Below, in pieces: positions 17,101 through 20,000 of a stretch of DNA of 20,000 bases. The DNA is taken from sequence record SRR31156797_2200. One strand, given 5' to 3'. Both the position numbers and the translations under genes were made by a program. The notes under the pieces are model-generated. The model saw only the letters and a program-made list of their open reading frames with translations, searched no databases and was not told where the DNA came from. The first letter of the stretch is position 1. Each line of letters starts with the position of its first letter.

Positions 17101-17269
17101 CACTGTTATTATGGGCCTTATCCCCATTATGTATGGAGAAGGCGCCGGCTCCCAAATTATGCAGCGCATTGCTGCACCCATGATTGGTGGTATGGCATCT
17201 GCCCTGCTACTGACTCTGCTCGTTATCCCAGCAATCTTTAAGTTGTGGAAACAGCATGAAACAAAGTAA
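14150..17269 (+). CDS. cusA: CusA/SilA-type Cu(I)/Ag(I) RND efflux permease
   Basis: 1039 aa; 'PVDAIPDLSDVQVI' and 'GAMVDGAIVMIEN'. The CusA methionine-triad contexts 'LMYMPTT', 'PAPLTMIET' and 'RIDMLSTG' are all retained. Confidence 0.96.
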   Translation: MINAIIRWSLSNRLIVLLATVALVAAGLFSVKNTPVDAIPDLSDVQVIIKTSYPGQAPQVVEDQVTYPLTTAMLAVPGAETVRGYSFFGDSYVYIIFNDKTDMYWARSRVLEYLSQVAPKLPENAKPTLGPDATGVGWVFSYVLQDKTGQHDLAQLRSLQDWFLKYELQTVDGVSEVATVGGMVKQYQIQIDPAKLRAYNLTLQQVNMAIKNGNQETGASVIEVAEAEHMVRTTGYLTSIGDIQALPLKVTKEGTPLMLGDIADISVGPQMRRGISELNGEGEAVGGVIVMRFGENASKVISNVKTKLEELKLGLPEGVEIVPTYDRSTLINAAVDNLWKKLAEEFIVVAIVCALFLFHIRSSLVIALSLPVGILSAFIVMHWQGINANIMSLGGIAIAIGAMVDGAIVMIENVHKHIERTPLTDKNRWQIIGDAAQEVGPPLFFSLLIITLSFVPVFALEGQEGKMFSPLAFTKSYAMAASAGLAVTLVPVLMGYFIRGKILPEHKNPVNRILVGLYRPLLNISLNYPKSMIVIAIALMASAYYPTSKLGSEFIPPLDEGDLMYMPTTFPGISVGKARELLQQMDKLIKTVPEVKSVWGKVGRADTATDPAPLTMIETVIQLKPHEEWREGVTTESLRKEFNRLLQFPGVTNALVMPIKTRIDMLSTGIKTPIGIKIVGPELKTIERIGSKLEPILNGVRGTASVYAERVAGGRYVTVDIKRRAAARYGLSIKDVQQVVSTAVGGMNVGETIEGLERYPINVRYPQDYRDSVDKLQNLTLVTQNGARIALADVADVRYEDGPPVIKTENARPNGWVFVDIEDRDLGSYVSEAQKRVADELKLPSGYSLAWSGQYEYMERAKQRLSIVIPITLTIITLLLFFSFGRVGEVLIIMTTLPLAMVGGLWLMYALNYNMSIAVGVGFIALSGVAVEIGVIMLVYLNQAWHFTKLKAQDKKVPLLPDDLNNAIREGAGLRVRPVMMTVITVIMGLIPIMYGEGAGSQIMQRIAAPMIGGMASALLLTLLVIPAIFKLWKQHETK

Positions 17270-17299
17270 ATATCAGCTCCAATATTAAGGAATATACAT

Positions 17300-17794
17300 A
17301 TGAAAAAACTCGCACTAGCTATTGCCCTGACGGTAAGCTCTTCTGTTGCACTAGCGGATATGACAATGACTAACCAAGGAACAATGGATCATGGCAATAC
17401 GATGAGTTCAGAAGGGATGTCAGATGTCGGCATGCCTGCCCCAGGCGTAAAACCGACTAAAATTGCTTATGTCATGCTCTCAGACGATATGAAAATCACC
17501 TTTAAACAAGAGGTAAACATTGAACCTAATGACGTTGTTCAGTTTGTGGTTATGAATACCGGAAAAATCAACCACGAATTTACGATTGGTTCTGCAAAAG
17601 AGCAGTTAGAACACCGAGAAATGATGAGAAAAATGGGCGGCCAACACATGCATGATTCAGGCAACTCAGTCACTGTCGAGCCAGGAAAAGCCAAACAGCT
17701 AACGTGGCATTTCCATGGTGATACAAATGTAGAGCTTGCATGCAATGTTCCGGGCCACGCTGAAGCGGGTATGACTAAAAACATGACGCTTTAA
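17300..17794 (+). CDS. Periplasmic cupredoxin-family copper-binding protein (CopI-like)
   Basis: AAGGA RBS, signal peptide, Met/His-rich segments, and type-1 copper ligands 'NHEF...CNVPGHAEAGM'. Confidence 0.85.
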   Translation: MKKLALAIALTVSSSVALADMTMTNQGTMDHGNTMSSEGMSDVGMPAPGVKPTKIAYVMLSDDMKITFKQEVNIEPNDVVQFVVMNTGKINHEFTIGSAKEQLEHREMMRKMGGQHMHDSGNSVTVEPGKAKQLTWHFHGDTNVELACNVPGHAEAGMTKNMTL

Positions 17795-17802
17795 CCCCGA
17801 TA

Positions 17803-17828
17803 AGCCCCAAGAGTTATCTTTTGGGGCT
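17803..17828 (+). terminator. Hairpin / probable terminator of the cus operon
   Basis: AGCCCCAAGAG-TTAT-CTTTTGGGGCT starts 8 bp after the cupredoxin stop; the U-tail is weak. Confidence 0.6.
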
Positions 17829-17947
17829 CAATTTAACTCACTAAGCTACAATCAAAGTAACTTTTCCCCATCAAGTAACTCTTATTGCAATTTATAAACG
17901 ATACGAATCACTGATCTGTAACCGATGTTTACTGTAGATAATTCGAC

Positions 17948-18403
17948 ATGACAGTCATATATAAATCAGGCTCAAATAGAAACTATTCTGCCTTATATGT
18001 CTTCCTTTATTCTTTTTTCATACACTTCTTCTGGGAGATGTGGCAGATGCCATTATTTACGTTCTCTCAGTCGACAGACCTGCCAGCAATGAACTGGATG
18101 TGCACTCAGGCTTCTCTGGGGGATGGTGTCATCGCTGTTATTTCATACTATTTTGTCTTCTACATAAACAAAAAGCATTGGCTATCAACCGCTTCTTTAG
18201 TGGATGTTTTTCTTTTTATTCTTCCAGGAATCGCATTGACCATTGTGATGGAGCACATCAATACTGGATTTTATTCGCGCTGGGAATATGACCCGCTGAT
18301 GCCAATCGTGCCAATAATTGGCATAGGTTTGTTTCCACTTTTACAATGGATTGTCATCCCTCCAATGGTTTATCTCGCAAGTAAAAAAAGAGCTGAGCAA
18401 TAA
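17948..18403 (+). CDS. Hypothetical multi-pass membrane protein
   Basis: 151 aa with about four hydrophobic segments and conserved-looking motifs 'HFFWEMWQMPLF', 'ASLGDG' and 'RWEYDPLMP...GLFPLLQW'. Confidence 0.7.
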   Translation: MTVIYKSGSNRNYSALYVFLYSFFIHFFWEMWQMPLFTFSQSTDLPAMNWMCTQASLGDGVIAVISYYFVFYINKKHWLSTASLVDVFLFILPGIALTIVMEHINTGFYSRWEYDPLMPIVPIIGIGLFPLLQWIVIPPMVYLASKKRAEQ

Positions 18404-18412
18404 GCTCAGCTT
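18383..18412 (-). terminator. Intrinsic terminator oriented for a minus-strand transcript (overlaps stop of ORF 17948-18403)
   Basis: Minus strand reads AGCTGAGC-TTATT-GCTCAGCT-C-TTTTTTT. Confidence 0.7.
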
Positions 18413-18484
18413 CAAACATAAGGCAGGATTGAATGAAAAATACGATTATGATGATGTTCTATATCATCAGTAAACTAGGGAACG
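18383..18484 (-). ncRNA. Candidate ~100-nt small RNA (putatively copper/CusR-regulated)
   Basis: Upstream palindromic box at 18529-18544, -10-like TATACT at 18495-18490, 5' hairpin TGATGAT/ATCATCA, single-stranded anti-RBS/AUG tract, and U-tailed terminator. Confidence 0.45.
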
Positions 18485-18528
18485 GAGTCAGTATAAAGAG
18501 TCACACCTGAACTTCGCCTGACCAAAGA

Positions 18529-18544
18529 ATGACAATAATGTCAT
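18529..18544 (-). promoter_or_regulatory. CusR/CopR-type box
   Basis: ATGACA-ATAA-TGTCAT. The minus strand TTATGACATTATTGTCATTCTT aligns with TTATGACAAAAAAGTCATTTTT at 10211-10232. Confidence 0.65.
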
Positions 18545-18647
18545 AAAAGTATTTTACCTTTCTGATAAACCCCGATAGACACCATTACATCTGCAATGAA
18601 AGTGCTCAATCATGCATAAGTAATAGTGTGGCTCATGAATTGCTTAC

Positions 18648-18681
18648 ATAAAAATCCGAGTGATTTAATACCACTCGGATT
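18648..18681 (-). terminator. Intrinsic terminator of the LamB-family porin gene
   Basis: AATCCGAGTG (18653-18662) / CACTCGGATT (18672-18681) stem, with the A-run on the plus-strand left side giving a U-tail on the minus strand; about 45 bp past the porin stop. Confidence 0.75.
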
Positions 18682-18725
18682 ATGGTTTGCTATACAGCAA
18701 TCAACATCAATGAAGTTTTATCTGC

Positions 18726-19955
18726 TTACCACCAAACCTCCGCCTGTACACCTAAATTGAATTCACTGTCTTTCCCGGCTCCTAAAGCATCCGTATTATC
18801 GAAATCAGTAAAGTGGCTGGCATACAAACGAATTTCTGGTCTTGCCCAATAGCTTAGACCTGCTGTCCAAGCTTGCGCCACTGTAATTTTACTCCCTGAC
18901 TCTTCGGAGCCGTCGCCTACATTTCTGTTAAAATATCCGACTTCAAACAAGGTCTTCATGTTCTCATCCCACTTGTAAACTGGGCGCACAACGGAAGAAA
19001 AATAGGAGATATCTTTCGTCTGACCTGCATCAATATCATCGGTTGAAGATGACCAGACAAGCTGGTGCCCCATTTCCCAACGGTCTGCAATTTGAATAAC
19101 GCCCCAGTTAATAACTCTGTACGCTGCCGCACCGCTCTCAGCTTCAGCCCCGTACCAGGAACCGTCACCATAGTCAGCTATCGTTTTACCGTAGCCTTCT
19201 GTACCGTACTGGAAAACCGTTTTATTGTTACCAAAACTAAAATTTTGCGTCAGCTCTACATTGAATAAGAAACCATTTTTTACATCGCCTTCATAACTAC
19301 TACTCTCATTAGCGATAGCATAATCACCACCCACTTCTAAAGAAGCATTTCGCCAAAGCGGGATCTCAGCCAATCGAGCATCTAGGACATTGACGTTCAA
19401 GACTCCGCTATTGTTTCCTTTATCGATGACCTTATCACGGTCTGTTCTTATCCAGGCAACCGAGAGTTTGCCTGCTTCAGTTTGGATGCCTTCAACACCT
19501 GCACCTGCTCCGGAAATATTCCAGTAGTAAAAGTCAGCCAAATCGACATTATGTCTTTGGTAGTAACGTTTCCCTGCCCAAAGCGTTGCTTCAGGGGCAG
19601 ATTTGATTATCCCTTTCGCCTGAACATCAATCTGAGGTAGTGCAACGGTGAAATCTTCATCTTTGCTGGTTTCCCATCCCGTAGAGCCATCGGTGTAAAT
19701 AGCAGCCATCGACTCAACGTCAAAAGATACGCCATTTTGATTATATACCTCATTCTTAATACCCCATTCACCATAGGTATCATTCTCATTTCCTAAGCGA
19801 CCTAGTTGGTTTTTGTGGAATTGAACATCCTGTCCATTGTTTCCACTCATACCAATACCACTACGAATATACCCAAAATAAGAAGTATCAGAATCGGCTA
19901 ATGCATTAAAAGCACTGAATACAGATACCACTAATATTGTTTTTTTGAGTTTCAT
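18726..19955 (-). CDS. lamB: LamB/maltoporin-family carbohydrate porin (start 19955 preferred over 19964)
   Basis: GAGGTG RBS before ATG; signal peptide; 'FGYIRSGIG', 'GRLGNENDTYGE', 'LWAGKRYYQRH..DFYYWNISG', 'ARPEIRLYAS' and C-terminal 'GVQAEVWW'. Substrate not determinable. Confidence 0.9.
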   Translation of the reverse strand: MKLKKTILVVSVFSAFNALADSDTSYFGYIRSGIGMSGNNGQDVQFHKNQLGRLGNENDTYGEWGIKNEVYNQNGVSFDVESMAAIYTDGSTGWETSKDEDFTVALPQIDVQAKGIIKSAPEATLWAGKRYYQRHNVDLADFYYWNISGAGAGVEGIQTEAGKLSVAWIRTDRDKVIDKGNNSGVLNVNVLDARLAEIPLWRNASLEVGGDYAIANESSSYEGDVKNGFLFNVELTQNFSFGNNKTVFQYGTEGYGKTIADYGDGSWYGAEAESGAAAYRVINWGVIQIADRWEMGHQLVWSSSTDDIDAGQTKDISYFSSVVRPVYKWDENMKTLFEVGYFNRNVGDGSEESGSKITVAQAWTAGLSYWARPEIRLYASHFTDFDNTDALGAGKDSEFNLGVQAEVWW

Positions 19956-20000
19956 TATTAACACCTCTTTATATGAAGTTTTATTTACGGAGTGGTGTCA

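Larger units (their letters stand above)
3637..20000 (+). mobile_element. Tn7-like transposon (Tn6230-like, yhiN-targeting) with tnsABCD and copper-resistance cargo; distal end not seen, extent beyond tnsD inferred
   Basis: Terminal TGT at 3637, 4 bp after the yhiN stop; TnsB-site repeats; complete tnsA-B-C-D; heavy-metal cargo as in the Tn6230 family. Confidence 0.8.

Noticed and set aside
17851-17890. ATCAAAGTAACT / ATCAAGTAACT pair as the distal transposon end
   Set aside because: Does not match the reverse complement of the TnsB site and lacks a terminal ACA followed by ATTAA or CTAGT.
11274-19789. Short overlapping ORFs within cusCBA, the cupredoxin, the membrane protein and lamB
   Set aside because: Shadows of long conserved CDSs with no independent evidence.

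Overview
This window looks like accessory DNA from a Vibrionaceae-like gammaproteobacterium (inferred from protein similarity) and has three blocks. (1) 1-3218 is the tail of a defence island: the 3' part of type I R-M hsdM, then hsdS, and a Kiwa-like membrane + soluble gene pair. (2) ~3453-3632 is an orphan 3' fragment of yhiN (HI0933 flavoprotein family). Four bases after its stop codon a Tn7-like element begins with a clear TGT end and TnsB-site repeats (3637-3716), followed by tnsA-tnsB-tnsC-tnsD/tniQ. This is the yhiN-targeting, Tn6230-like arrangement; no tnsE and no cas genes are present. (3) 10.3-18.4 kb is copper/silver-resistance cargo: a DUF3316-like secreted protein, a Cys/His-rich leader ORF, cusC/cusB/cusA, a CopI-like cupredoxin and a membrane protein, followed by a convergent LamB-family porin. 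The far transposon end was not seen. The most interesting unannotated signals are: an RPP-type arrest/leader ORF whose stop region pairs with the cusC ribosome-binding site; a candidate ~100-nt minus-strand sRNA with a CusR-like box, its own terminator and an anti-RBS/AUG seed; the split yhiN attachment site; and a second Tn7-end-like motif with repeats and hairpins right after tnsD.
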